Source: Eledone cirrhosa
Taxonomy: Eukaryota
DNA length: 64,000 nt
Assembly: GCA_964016885.1 (NCBI GenBank)
Contig: OZ024751.1
Coordinates: 6,820,001-6,884,000 of the forward strand
Reading direction: 5' to 3'
The notes beneath the pieces are model-generated. The model was not told where the DNA came from. It did not search any database and worked only from the letters and a program-made list of their open reading frames with translations. Shown in pieces: positions 1-15,133 of the stretch (the stretch's first letter is position 1; each line of letters begins with the position of its first letter). Made by a program: the position numbers and the translations under genes.

Positions 1-574
1 AAATAGAATCTACACACAGAAAAGACGCAATGTTTAGACAAATCACAGAAGCAATAAACATAAATGAACTCCAACCAAAATTAAATAGAAAACATGAATG
101 GAATAGCAACATCACAACTTACAATTAAGGACAAAATGAAAACACACACACACATATAACAACCAACCAACCAGTAACATGTAAATAAACAAATAAATAA
201 ACAAATATAAACACACACAGACACCTGGATGTAACACATGCGCAAACTAAGCACACAACAAAAACAAGATGGCGTAGGACAGAACAAAGAGAGGCACAAA
301 AACAAAGAAAATAATACCCAGACACTGAAGAGGTCACAGAATGTCTGACTAGATAACTTTGACAATATATGAACAATCGTCTGGTTGTTGAACCAACCAA
401 CCAACCGGAAATTTATAAATTCCTACATTTATGAATTTAATTTATAATAAATTGAAGTGAAAGCAATGGTGCGTGTGTTTCTTATTAGCAACATGACCCT
501 CCCAAAGCATAACAATATCCGTTTCAACACACGTTTTCAGATAAAGAATCTTGGTAAACAAATTCAGAAACGAA
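1..574 (+). mobile_element. Penelope-like element 3' end/pLTR (family A), GIY-YIG C-terminus
   Basis: 3..128 reads IESTHRKDAMFRQITEAININELQPKLNRKHEWNSNITTYN*, closely matching the element end from 56100 onward; degenerate hammerhead at 321-363; ends at a (TA)n tract. Confidence 0.85.
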
Positions 575-609
<35 letters not shown>

Positions 610-612
610 TAT

Positions 613-874
613 GACACAGAGGAGACTGACGTTAGCTGCACATGCTCACCAACATCCAGTGTTGACATTGCACTCAGTGCTCCTGTGGGAGTCCCTCCAT
701 GGACACACTGGAAGACTGGAAGAGGAAGACGAAGGTTAACGCATGTTGATACCCTAAGGACAGACACTGGTCTGTTGGAGACGCAGGACATGGCAGCGAT
801 AATGAAGGACAGAGACCGCTGGAGAGAACTCGTCCATGGATCTCGGGAATTTTACCCGCCCTAGATAGATAGAT
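613..874 (+). mobile_element. RTE-clade LINE 3' fragment
   Basis: Frameshifted [46 protein letters not shown] is typical of an RTE ORF C-terminus; (TAGA)n tail. Confidence 0.75.
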
Positions 875-882
875 GTATATAC

Positions 883-986
<104 letters not shown>

Positions 987-1575
987 TTAAATATATACAT
1001 ATATAAATATATTACTGCGGAATACTCTTAATTCCGATCCTAGTACATACATATATATAAATGATTAAATTTAGATAATTTGAATATCTAAATATATTTA
1101 TCAAACATATTTAATATAACCATGTAATCATATGGCAATGAGTAAGAGATTTCCATTTATAAATTATTGTATTTTAAACATGCACTATTTTACGTAAATA
1201 TTATTTTCACCAGCTCATATACAAATCTACAAGCAGACTAAAACATTTCCGGTCGTTTCTTCATATTTCTAATCTTATGAATATTTCTCTTTTAAATATC
1301 GAAATCCAAATTCCTGAGGAATACTATCTAATACACCCACCTGTCAAGTCTATCTTATAAGCTTATTTATCACAGAAATGAAGGGCGAAATAGGAAAGCG
1401 TAGAGCCAAGAGAATGTCATGTGATTTAAATATAATCCTATCTTGACATGAATTAATATGAACAAACAAAATCACAAACATTTAATTTCCAACAGAGATT
1501 AAGATTCTGCACACCAACAAATATTACTGTTGTTTTTACGTATATTATTGAAATATACACAAGCTCTCCTATATA

Positions 1576-1666
<91 letters not shown>

Positions 1667-2251
1667 TTCTCTCTCACTCCCTCACATATTTTTGTATACA
1701 TATATTTACATACATTTACAGACGTGAGTCTATAATATAAGCTAATAAATCGAATTCGTATTCAACATTTCTCGAACGTCAACTTCCGTAAATATGTGCC
1801 ATCGTTGTTTATATGTAAACTTCTCTATATCAAAATATATTTCCACCTTTAAAAATGGAATGAATAATGTTAATTCATTCAGAATTATTAGGATATTTCA
1901 AATATGACATAGCTGCCTGTTAATATTACTTTTCCTTAAGATAAACTCTTTATATGTCATTTTAATCTTCCATAGAATGTTATGTCAATGAAATATAATT
2001 CATTTCTCTCGCTCTAGACTAGAAATATATTATTAAAAGTTATGTATGAACATGACCTATGGATATATATAATTACTCTAGCATCTTTTATGGAATCACT
2101 AGCAAAACAAATTAGTAAACTGTAAAACGTAAATGCTTCAGTTTATTACGTTATTTTGAATCTTGGCAGTCATCTAGCTAGAGTGTGTGCCTTCCGAGGA
2201 AGCCCCTTAGTTTGCTTACCCAGGTTCCAACAAAAATACATATTGCTTTTA

Positions 2252-2292
<41 letters not shown>

Positions 2293-2300
<8 letters not shown>

Positions 2301-2489
2301 CTGTGTACCAAGTCTGTTGATATCACATTTATTCTGCCATCATGATACCCTCGCTCTCTCAACAACGACTTTTCACTCCTCTTTCACTCCTCTTTCTCTC
2401 TCAACAACGGCTTTTCACTCCTCCACTCCTTGTAATATATGTTGTGACGGACAAGCAAACGCAGATCAGCTTGATCTTTATATTATAGA
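2293..2489 (-). mobile_element. possible non-autonomous Helitron 5' fragment
   Basis: Minus strand starts A|TCTATAATATAAAG, like the other Helitron 5' termini in this window; no 3' hairpin/CTAG seen. Confidence 0.3.
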
Positions 2490-3089
2490 TATATAAATAT
2501 AACTGGTTTGTCTTTCATTGGTAATGTGTTAACATGTTCCTAAATCCCTCAGTACTGCAACAATAGCACTATCGACATCCACTTTTGCTGTTTAACGAGA
2601 ACAGTAAAAGATCACCAATACCAAAATGCTAACTAATGACATATTGTGAACATGTTAATAGTATACTATACCACCCGTGACCCATTGGGTCACATTCACT
2701 TCAAAATATTTTAAAGAATTCATGTTCATCAAAAAATACACAGACATGTATATAATGTGAAATGAACTGGAAAGCCCATATATATGTATATATATAAATG
2801 TGTGCGTTTGTATACATATACATATATATTTATTTGTGTGTGTGTATATATATATATGGGTGTCTGTGATCTACATACACTGGTCATAGACACACACACA
2901 CATATACACACACATTCATATAAATATACACACACTCACATATACAGAACAACATCACCATCTCTCTCTCTCTCTCCCTCTCTTCCATTCTCCCCCTCTG
3001 TCTCCTCCCCCTCTCTCTATGTCTATCTTTCAATCTATTATTTTACAACCACTATCTCTTCCACTCTATATCTATCTCTCTTTGTTTAT

Positions 3090-3297
3090 GAAGGTACCCG
3101 GAGAAAACCCATATCTCGGGATATCGTACTCCGATTTATGCGAAAATTGTTTTATTCCATTTGTATTCCCATTTCAAGGGCAACTTCCTTTCAAAGCATT
3201 TTTCCATTATGCGCCCGTTTGGCTGAGTTACATTACAAACAAGCAAGCAAGCAAACAATCACATAATTTTAGTAATATATATATATATATAGATAGA
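3090..3297 (-). mobile_element. possible non-autonomous Helitron 5' fragment
   Basis: Minus strand TCTATATATA..ACTAAAAT..GTTTGCTTGCTTGCTTGTTTGT..AACTCAGCCAAACGG resembles Helitron/DINE-like 5' ends. Confidence 0.3.
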
Positions 3298-4570
3298 TAT
3301 TAAAAAAGCAACCTTCCACCATTCAGAGGTAGTGTTACCATAGTGCAGTATGAGAAGAAAAAAAAACACCTCTTAATGATGTATGACGTGTTAGATTTTG
3401 AATATGAAGAATGTTTCAGAAATGAGAATTATCCCTAGAATATAACTTGTACGAATATTAATAATATTATAAAACTCAGTCAAAAACTTTAGTTTTAACA
3501 CCTTTAGAAGATTATTAGGAAATTGATGGCATCGTCTCAACGCAGTACACACTATCAAATAATTAATACAATAATAAAAATATTTCAGAACAATCCTATT
3601 TTAATCAATCTCATGTTAGTCCGTTTATTAATTCAGCTTTAAGGTGTAACAATAGTTTTATGTAAATGGAAGACTTATTATGTATGTTTTAATTTTCATT
3701 TGTATTTAAGATTTACTTAATGGAAATTGTTTCGCTCTTCCTTGATTGAAACAAAAAATCACTTAACTGCTTCTATATTACAAATAGTCAATAATGTCAA
3801 ACGATAATACTTCGATATTGATGGTGGAAGTTCAATTATGTTTACATGAGATTTACTCTTTGTCTCATCTTTTGTTATGTTGAAATTACGATGAATAGAA
3901 AAATATTTCACATAAAATTGTAATTTATATTTATATCAATTGTTTTCTGTAGTGTTAATTACATACTATAGATCGTTCTTTAAGACGTTTAATTACAATG
4001 AAATGATCCAAATGATAATTATTATTTTTAATTAATTTTAGTGAAATACGTAAATGAAGTAGAAGTACCAATTATTTCCAACACGCAAAAGTAATAAACG
4101 GAGTCAATTCTAAAACAGTCACATTCGTTCAGTAATAATTAGGTCTATTGGATAGTGTTTTAGTTTTCTCTCGGTTGGGGAATGAGGAATTCGTTATAGA
4201 TAGGATTATCATCAAATTTTCTGTTCTCATGATCATAAACTAAATAAATCTAGTTTATATAACCGTATGGAATAGATCAGCTAATGTTAAACCCGCACGA
4301 ACATAACATAGGACATTCAACAGACATTGTATATCAGGTTAAAATCGATATTGATCCTATATTATGTGACTGACTATAATTAGATATCATTCCATGCCAA
4401 ATCTTTGAAATATATTTATTTCGAAATGCAGGTGTATAAATGAATTTTGACATGTAATGTCTACACAGAAACGCCGAGAATTAATTAGGTATTACCGAAA
4501 CTCAAGTTTTAAAGCAAACTGATATGCGAACATAAACATTTACAAAGTGTATGGATACATACTGACATTA

Positions 4571-4880
4571 AGGCCATTCGGCACAGTGGTTCGGGCATTC
4601 GTCGTGCAATATGGAGTGTGTAATTTCGGTTCCCGTTCCGGGTGGTGTGATATGTCCTTGAGGACGACACTTTATTTGACGTTGCTCCTGTTGAACCGAC
4701 TGCAGAAATGAGTTGCAAAATCACTGATATCAATGACAACATCGGTGGCGTGGAGAGGGGTTTTTGTTATACATGAGCGATTGCTGGTAACCCACAAAAA
4801 CATTACCCGGCCCTGTGCTTCAGAGGCGAAATCAATAGGTACAAATCCCAATGGTCATTCGTGATAGAAGGATCTCTTCG
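4571..4880 (+). mobile_element. tRNA-derived SINE (CORE-like central domain), diverged
   Basis: A-box-like GGCACAGTGG and TGTCCTTGAGGACGACACTTTATT; homologous to the copies at 29315, 48497 and 58403. Confidence 0.65.
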
Positions 4881-6042
4881 TGATAGAAGCATGTCTTTAT
4901 AGTGCGTGCGTGCGTGATATTTGTGGTTTGAGTCGGTCAGCTATATACAGAATATTTATCACTCGTGATAGCGAAATCATTAATAGATGGATGCTCAATA
5001 GATGCGACAACAGTAAGGACTTAAACATGTCAGACCTTGAACGAATGACAGTGGGCGAAGGATGTCGACAACTGATGACTCTTGATTTGTACCTCCAACG
5101 ACTGTCTGCACTAGTTACGGGAAACTGAATAAAAGTTGAGAGGGCAAAAACGATACAGCGAAATATGATCTAGACTGAACCTTTAATTTAAAGGGCCACC
5201 CTTGCCACAGCTTTGATACTTTTCCTTGAGACATAAATTAAGTATGCATGTTTTTGAGGAATATCTAGTCATTTCTGTATACATTTAAGGATCAGGACCT
5301 TTCACTGTGTAACAACTTGGAATATCCATCATCTAAAGTTTAGATTATGGTCATTCGTCGGTTTAGATTCTAAATCGACGAATGACCATATGTATATTTT
5401 GGGTGTATGAACTACTACAGTCTCCAAGAAAGCCAGAATTGAATATATTTGTAAAGTAAAGTTCTATGCTATTAAATCAAAGATTTAATAACTGGAGGTG
5501 AGATGTGATTACATGTGAGGGAGAGTCGGAGTTGAACTTCTATGACGAATGTATTAGCAAAATTAAAACACTGGTAAATATACAAATGCATTAAATCATA
5601 TTGATAAATATTTGCAAAATATTATTTATAATATGTAGGCCCTGATGACTTAGGAGTACACTAAATTGTGATATTTCACTGACACATAATACATATTTTA
5701 TAGTCTATTCTCTTAAAGTGACTTAAACAAGCTCAAATAATGTAGACTGGATAGGCAATTGAAATATATGACGTTTCTAAATAATTATTACGAATTATAT
5801 TTCTATATTCAGATAGTTGTATACGTCACGCTGACACGCATACATCCACACACATATGCACATCCATACATTAATACATATATATGTACATACATATATA
5901 CAAAAATATACACATATATATATACATGTACAACACGTTTTGGCAAAGTCTTTTTTATTCTCTAAGCAATCCTAATTGGAGAAGAGTTGGATTCATCTAT
6001 ATACATACATGAGTATGGCATATATACACTTATTAATTTAAT

Positions 6043-6142
6043 CGGGGTTAACTTTGCCTTTCATCCTTACGGGGTCGATAAAATAAAGTACCAGTAATGC
6101 ACTGAGTAATTGCTGGCCTTGTGCTTAAAATAGAAACAATTA
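6043..6142 (+). mobile_element. 5'-truncated Nin-domain-like SINE
   Basis: CTTTGCCTTTCATCCTTACGGGGTCGATAAAATAAAGTACCAG, near-identical to the copies at 6589 and 9336. Confidence 0.8.
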
Positions 6143-6588
6143 ATTTAATTGGGAAACAGCTATAAAGAAGGTTAGAGGTTGTTCCATTTCTTTTACATAC
6201 TTCAGTGTAATTTGCTATGAATCCTGAAATTATTATCAATGACGCCATTAAATATGATATATGGCGTCTTAAATTACTATCGTATACTACATAATATTAA
6301 ATGTTGTATAAGTAATTTAAGAAAATAAATAGATGAGTGAGAATAATTATAAGTGGATATATTAAGTAATAACCTTTCTAATAATGCAAGCAATGTTTTC
6401 AATATTACAAGAATTAACAAGTAAACGTTGAAGATCCATCTCACAATCTTAACCAATATCTTTCTTTAAGTGAATTTACCAAACGCATAAGCATTCTTAA
6501 TATGTTGTAGATATGAAGGGTATTGAAGTATTTGATTCAACTTGCATGTTTATATATTACTCGATATTATGAGTTATAACTTATATAT

Positions 6589-6780
6589 GGCGGTGGATTG
6601 GCAGTATCAGTAGAGGGTCGGACGCCATGCTTTGACGCATAGAGTCACGGCTCTTGCCATTCTGAGTTCAAATCCCGCCGAGGTTAACTTTGTCTTTCAT
6701 CCTTACGGGGTCGATAAAATAAAGTACCAGTAATGCACTGAGTAATTGCTGGCCTTGTGCCAAAAAGTAGAAAAAATTAT
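6589..6780 (+). mobile_element. full-length tRNA-derived Nin-domain-like SINE
   Basis: GGCGGTGGATTGGCAG head, B-box GAGTTCAAATCCC, CCTTACGGGGTCGATAAAAT..GTACCAG core, GGCCTTGTGCC..TAGAAA tail. Confidence 0.85.
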
Positions 6781-7610
6781 GAGTTATATCTTATCATTTA
6801 TGTTGTTGTGAAGATTTCTATGAATTGAATGTATAGAACAAATAGACGTAGTTATAATTATACTACTTCCTCCGCTCACTAGGACTCAGCAAATTATTCA
6901 TTATCATGAACTTGACATAATCATATTAATAAGATCATCAAATCCATATGCGTGTAGATTCCCCTGTCACCAGGCGATCACATTTTTAATATTAACACAG
7001 CATGGGTTTGATTTAACAAAAGAAAATATATTTCTTTTGAAATATTTTTCTATGATAAGTTCAATATACGGTAGAAAATATGCTTTAAGGGAAATAAATA
7101 TATTTTATGCAAGAGAAACACCATTCACATGGCAGACAATTCTTTAATAACAGACGGTGGTGTTTCATCGATTGGGTATACTTCCATAAAAAATGTTCCA
7201 TAGTTCTATATTGAGTAGACAATGTTAATAGAATTATTATTTGATTCACTAAAGGCTAAACTATAATACAAACATATGTGGCTAACACTAGGTAAATTCT
7301 ATTTCAATCTATATACTTGTCGTTTGTCTTGTCTTTCTACAGTTGAGATACATAGTCACAGCCTTGAGAATTCTCTTAGAGTGTAAATACCTTACACAAA
7401 GGCACCTACAAGATCCATCACTAAATAGTAAATATATCTATCTGTGGCCCCCAAACTCCTGATACAGTCGTAGTGTTACCGAATTGACATTCGGCGTTTC
7501 TTGGGCATTTTAAGATTGACGAAGCCCATCCCTCCCCAAGCCTGAGGACAGCAGATTTCTTCCAGAGAAAGATAGAAAGGGAGAGAGAGGAAATGAGAAA
7601 GAGATATAGA

Positions 7611-7827
7611 ATAATTGACCCCAATACTAGACTGGTACGTTTTTTTATCGACCTCGAAAGGATGGAATGCAAAGTTAGCCTCGGCGGGATTTGAACTCCG
7701 AGAGCAGAGAGCTGGAACGAATACCATAAAGCATTCTATCTGACGTCCTAATGACTGCCATTCTATCTGACGTCCTAATGACTGCCATTCTATCTGACGT
7801 CTTAATGACTTTGCTAATTCACAGCCT
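7611..7827 (-). mobile_element. Nin-domain-like SINE with internal 27-bp x3 tandem repeat
   Basis: Reverse B-box GGGATTTGAACTC and TTTATCGACCTCGAAAGGATG; CATTCTATCTGACGTCCTAATGACTGC repeated at 7732, 7759 and 7786. Confidence 0.75.
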
Positions 7828-8790
7828 AAATAGCAAATAGTGTAGATGTAATTATTACGCTTATTCTATGGTAAATATTGTGAAGAGACATGTTATCTTT
7901 ACTAATTTACGCGATAATATACGTGATACATGATAACATACGTGATCATAATGCAGCTGTTAGGAAAGGCTTCTAAATACAAGGAGCATACGTTTTGCAG
8001 AATTTTCTACGCACCAAAAGTTTGTTATCATCGATTATCAGCAATGTTGTCAGTCAGAGATTGATATTTAAACGACCCATTATACACATGTCTCACTGTC
8101 TTGTAGTATAATTATTAAAATGGAGTGTAGAAGCTGAACCACCGTGTTTCTAGCAGTAACAGTTCACCAATCGTCTAAAACAAATCATTTCACTTTCATA
8201 ATTTGCCAGTTCAGTTGAATGCTTAAAACCATTTCATGATAAAATTAATTCCAGTAAATCTTTGGAATACACATATTTAAAGAAATAACTTTTTTTCAGT
8301 TTTGTAGATACGCACTCAGCTATTCTTGTTTTCAAAATCAAATGTATGCAAAATACAGAAATATCACATAAAACACATGTAGACATGGTATACAATTTTA
8401 TTCCTGAGAATGCCATAACATAGATGAACATATGTATGGCATGACGACACATTTAATTAAGTATTCTTTCGTTGTATAGTTGTACATACATCCATTAACA
8501 GATATATCTAAACTATAATTAAGTAAGAAGCGCGGGACTGCGTACGGTTTATAATTTTTTATCCCCTTAGTAAAATAAGTTGGATTACTTTGAATAAATA
8601 ATGAATGTATATTACATAATTTATCTACTAAATTTCGTGGCTGTTCATTAAATATATTTTATTACTTATTTAATGATTAGCTTCTTTAAAATTGTCAAAT
8701 GTCAGCACTTCCGGTTAGCGATCGTTTAAATAAATATTCGTATATTTGTGTCACTAATTTTCTTCTAATGCAGTTTATATATAATATCAT

Positions 8791-9168
8791 CTTTTTTTAA
8801 TGTATCATGGATTACGCTACTGATTACATAAGACAGTGTAACACAGCCTTCGTTCAATTTCTGAGTATATTGTCAATTACGATATTATTTGATCATATCT
8901 ACATGCATATATATTTGCGTATAATATCAATATACACATTACACATGCTTGCATATATATAATAACGCATTTTTTTAAATGTATCATGGATTATGTTACT
9001 GTTTACAGAAGACAGTGTAACACAGTCTTCGGTCAATTTCTGTGTATATTGTCAATTACGGTTTTATTTGATGTATCATATCTACATGCATATATACTAG
9101 CGTATAATATCAATATATACACTACACAGGCTAGCAGAAAACCACCCAAAGGGTGGTTTTTCTGCTAG
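8791..9168 (+). repeat. 179-bp tandem duplication ending in a CTAG-flanked hairpin
   Basis: TGTATCATGGATTA..AGACAGTGTAACACAG at 8801 and 8980; hairpin at 9131-9168. Confidence 0.75.
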
Positions 9169-9258
9169 TGTATATAATAACTATGTATGCCTATTTCAAA
9201 GATGGTTTTGACACCCACCGACACACACACATACCCCCCACCCCCACCCCCCCACACA

Positions 9259-9331
<73 letters not shown>

Positions 9332-9335
9332 TTAT

Positions 9336-9519
9336 GTGGATTGGCAGTATCGGTAGAGGGTCGGACGCCATGCTTTCCAGCATAGTTACGTCCCTTTACG
9401 ATCTGAGTTCAAATCCCGCCGAGGTTGACTTTGCCTTTCATCCTTACGGGGTCGATAAAATAAAGTACCAGTAATGCACTGGGTAATTGCTGGCCTTGTG
9501 CCAAAAGTAGAAACAATTA
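9336..9519 (+). mobile_element. Nin-domain-like SINE
   Basis: Close copy of 6589-6780. Confidence 0.85.
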
Positions 9520-9846
9520 TCTGTAAAAGGCAGATTGTCGTTGTGTGTGTGTGTGCATGTTCCATGTTTATACATTTGCACAATTTCAAACCGATTTGAC
9601 TCAAAATATGTAAGAATGTTGTAAATGGTCATATATAGGTTAACGACTATTTCTTTCTTTCAAACTCACCCACAATTACGGAAATAATCGATAAAACTAA
9701 ATACATTACGCTTTACCCCTCTAATACAATCTGATACCTCTCTCTACTCCCTTTAAAATTCGATAAAACTACATACATGCTGCAACTTTGTTTATATACG
9801 CTTAATCTTACAAACTTCCTTTAGGAACGCCGAAGAAAGAAGAGTT

Positions 9847-9925
<79 letters not shown>

Positions 9926-10437
9926 GTTTGTTTTTGAGTGTGGAACGGTCAAACATTTATTTATTTCAATGACAACAATTATTCAAAAGCTGTTGAATAA
10001 AATTTATTCAACAACAAAAAAAAATAGCGATAAATCTTTTTTAAAACAGCTCTCAACGAAGGTGGAAGGAAGAAGTATCAGTTTATTTACTATACACAAT
10101 AATATCCTATATAAAGTCACTAAACCTTCTAGAAACAGCAGCTAACCCTCCCCCACATCACACCCCTCCCTACTGTCTTAAATTTAGAAAACACATATCA
10201 TCTATGAGGTTACTAAACCTGCTAGAAACACCAGCTAACTCTTCCCCATACCACACCTCTCCCTACTGTCTCACATTTAGAAAACACACATTATACAACC
10301 ATTTAGAACAACTCCATCGCAGCTCTGTTGTTCGGCTGGCATCGTCTACGCGCGTGTTGCGCAAGTACTGTGAAACAATAAATTTCAACACTTCTTTGCA
10401 CAGAGATAATATCCATAGGCGAAACTACAATTGTCAC
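9520..10437 (+). mobile_element. 3'-truncated non-autonomous Helitron with ~91-bp minisatellite
   Basis: 9660-9790 and 10105-10437 match the reverse complement of 38540-39165; interrupted by (GA)n. Confidence 0.65.
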
Positions 10438-10439
10438 GA

Positions 10440-10661
10440 GACCTTCTGAAACTAAAGATCAATCAATCTCTGGATGGAAAAGTTAATATTTCGAAAAACG
10501 TTGCAACCGAGAGAAAACAAGAAGACTAAACTTTGGTTCGTGAAGACGTTCCTTGGCAATGGACGGGCAAAAGCTAGGATAATTACGTCATTATGTGGAG
10601 TGATGAGAACAATTTCTTGCAAAGACAAAAACACATTTATGCTAAAAAAGAAATCATTAGA

Positions 10662-10663
<2 letters not shown>
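10440..10663 (-). repeat. dispersed repeat family D (PLE-pLTR-like)
   Basis: Reverse-complement match to 36990-37205; same orientation as 40011-40119. Confidence 0.65.
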
Positions 10664-10740
<77 letters not shown>

Positions 10741-10803
10741 AGTAAAATAAGAAAATTAAAAAAAATTTTTTTAAAAAAATTAACTTACTTACTTAAATTG
10801 TCA

Positions 10804-10883
10804 CTCCAACTAATTAGTTTCTGTAATGAGATAAAGACAGGTACGTAATGAACTGTTGAGAATTTCATTGCGTCATCAGGGAG
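10804..10883 (-). ncRNA. type I hammerhead ribozyme (family B)
   Basis: CTCC-CTGATGA-long helix II-GAAA-CTAATTAG-TT-GGAG; palindromic helix III, GUU cleavage triplet. Confidence 0.8.
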
Positions 10884-11350
10884 ATCATTCTCAGCCAAGT
10901 CTCCAGGCAATGCGCGGACACTGGGGACTCATATAAAAATAATAATAATTCGGTAAATGGAACAGCTATCGAGGACTGGATTCCAGGTACTGAAAATTCT
11001 CACTGCCACTGGTCATATGGCCGATTCTAAAGAATCAATCACGTGACACAGAGGCTAGTCAGTAGGAATGGGATGGTAAGATGACAGACGCCTACTAACA
11101 CCCCCAAAAAAATTTAGAAGTGGTTTTGGCAGGTTTGCTCGACAAATCAGTGATTTGGAGATAAATATAGATAATTTAATATATCTACTAACATAAGCGC
11201 ACAGATGTACGCTAATGCCAGCAAATACACAGGTTATGTTATAGTACCTAGGTGGTTCAATGCAGGAGGATGCAGAACAATAATATAAAAGACGTAAAAT
11301 AAGAAAATTAAAAAAAAAATTTTTTAAAAATTAACTTACTTAAATTTTCA

Positions 11351-11430
11351 CTCCAACTAATTAGTTTCTGCAATGGGATAAAGACAGTTACGTAATGAAC
11401 TGTTGAGAATTTCATTGCGTCATCAGAGAG
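11351..11430 (-). ncRNA. type I hammerhead ribozyme (family B)
   Basis: CTCT-CTGATGA-C-GCAATG..ACAGTT..AACTGT..CATTGC-A-GAAA-CTAATTAGTT-GGAG. Confidence 0.8.
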
Positions 11431-11661
11431 ATCATTCTCAGCCAATTCTCCAGGCAATGCGCGGACACTGGGGACTCATATAAAAATAATAATAATTCGG
11501 TAAATGGAACAGCTATTGAGGACTGGATTCCAGGTACTGAAAATTCTCACTGCCACTGGTCATATGGCCGATTCTAAAGAATCTTCCTGCATTGCACCAC
11601 CTAGGTACTATGACATAACCTGACACCTCGGTTATTTTTCATTTTGTAAAAAAAACCTCAC

Positions 11662-11830
<169 letters not shown>

Positions 11831-11889
11831 TGGAAACTCTGCCAAGAGTATTGCAATTGCTTGTCAGATTCATATATATATATATATAT

Positions 11890-12772
<883 letters not shown>

Positions 12773-13302
12773 GGAAATCAGTAAAATCGAATCTCTGGCG
12801 GTTTGCAAGTAAATTCGGCCTACTTATATGAAGTGATGAGTTAGCAAAGCACTCGATAAGGTAGGGCCTTAGTGTAATAACATTGTGGTAGGCTAAACTA
12901 ACACACAATACATACCAAAGTAACGATAGAACTAATCAGGTTGAGAAAAGTACACCCGGACAAATTAAACGAACAATCGTTTAAAGTGTTTCTTTGAATC
13001 CGAAATCAAATATCAGACTTACTTGAAAGGCAAGCTCATGGTATTGGTGATCGAACGTAGGATTCAGTTTATCAACAGGTTTTATCGCTCTTCCTAGGAT
13101 CGGAGTGATAAATTATATGTTGCTGCTACATGCTGCTTATCGTATCTATAATTATCACGTGTTAATTCCTGCAAGGGAAATAACCCCCGGTCCCAGGCGG
13201 TTCATTCAAAATGTTAGCGAAAGGAAATATTATAGATTTATATATATATATAAAGAATAAATAATAACAGGTAGACATCATAAAAAGGTAATTTATTCCG
13301 TG

Positions 13303-13414
13303 TGCTTACAAGTGTTTCCACGGTGGTACTACAGCCTAGTTATGCTATGTACAAATTCACAAGTACTTGCAGAACTCAAATATCCAATGCTGTGACCACT
13401 GTTTCCTCAGAGCA
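13303..13414 (-). ncRNA. type I hammerhead ribozyme motif with large helix II insert
   Basis: TGCT-CTGAGGA-AACAGTGGT...ACCACCGTG-GAAAC-ACTT-GTA-AGCA. Confidence 0.65.
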
Positions 13415-13689
13415 GAATAATAAAATGTACAATGTAAATACCCTTAAGTGGGGTTGTTGGGGAAGATAGAGTAGAAAAGGAAGAGAGAAAAGTAGGGGAG
13501 AGGGGAGAGAAAGAGAAAGATATGCAGGGGTTGGAGAAGTAGGAGAGAGTGGTTTGTAGATATCTTAATCAAAATGTTATGGTAGGGGTTTTATTATACT
13601 GGTTACTTTTGGAGAGATGCGTTGATAGTTAAGGTCGGAATTATTTATTGCCCCAGAGGGCAGGTTCATAGATGTTGAGAGGGAGGTAG

Positions 13690-14808
<1,119 letters not shown>

Positions 14809-15022
14809 GATAACAAGTTATCGTTATAGGTAATCCAGTTAGAGGTTGTGAGTACTCTGTATTATGGATAGTTTTAACGTACAGCGTTATTTGACTCAAC
14901 AGGAGGCTTCCTTAATTAGGTAGCGATTTCGCGAGAATTCCTATGGAGGTTATTCTTGGAGTAATAATAGTGAAAGTTTGAAGAATAATATGGTCGGCTG
15001 TACAAAAATGGTTTTATTTCAG

Positions 15023-15133
15023 GTATTAAAAATGGTTTCATAGATCAGGGGAGTCTAAAGGCCGCTAATCACTCGAAATTGCGACACTCGACCTTAAATA
15101 CAGTGTTTACCTCTGATCAAATCATCGGAATAC
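15023..15133 (-). ncRNA. hammerhead-like motif (CCGAUGA core, decayed cleavage site)
   Basis: GTATT-CCGATGA-TTTGATCAG...CTGATCTAT-GAAAC-CATT-TTT-AATAC. Confidence 0.5.

Larger units (their letters stand above)
10735..11622 (-). mobile_element. hammerhead-containing tandem element, family B (547-bp unit, partial second unit, short inverted tail)
   Basis: Unit repeats at 10804 and 11351; 11583-11622 is the reverse complement of ~11230-11268; (TA)n on the left and shortly to the right. Confidence 0.85.

Noticed and set aside
81-404. Hydrophobic Cys-rich ORFs (also at 53398 and 56211)
   Set aside because: Antisense reading of the A/C-rich PLE 3' UTR.
6589-6680. tRNA genes at A/B-box motifs (also 9336, 29315, 48497)
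   Set aside because: No cloverleaf; they are SINE heads followed by shared core and tail.
12975-13080. TTGATAA..TGAATCC/GGATTCA..GAAAC hammerhead on the minus strand
   Set aside because: Helix I and the cleavage site do not pair convincingly; at best decayed.
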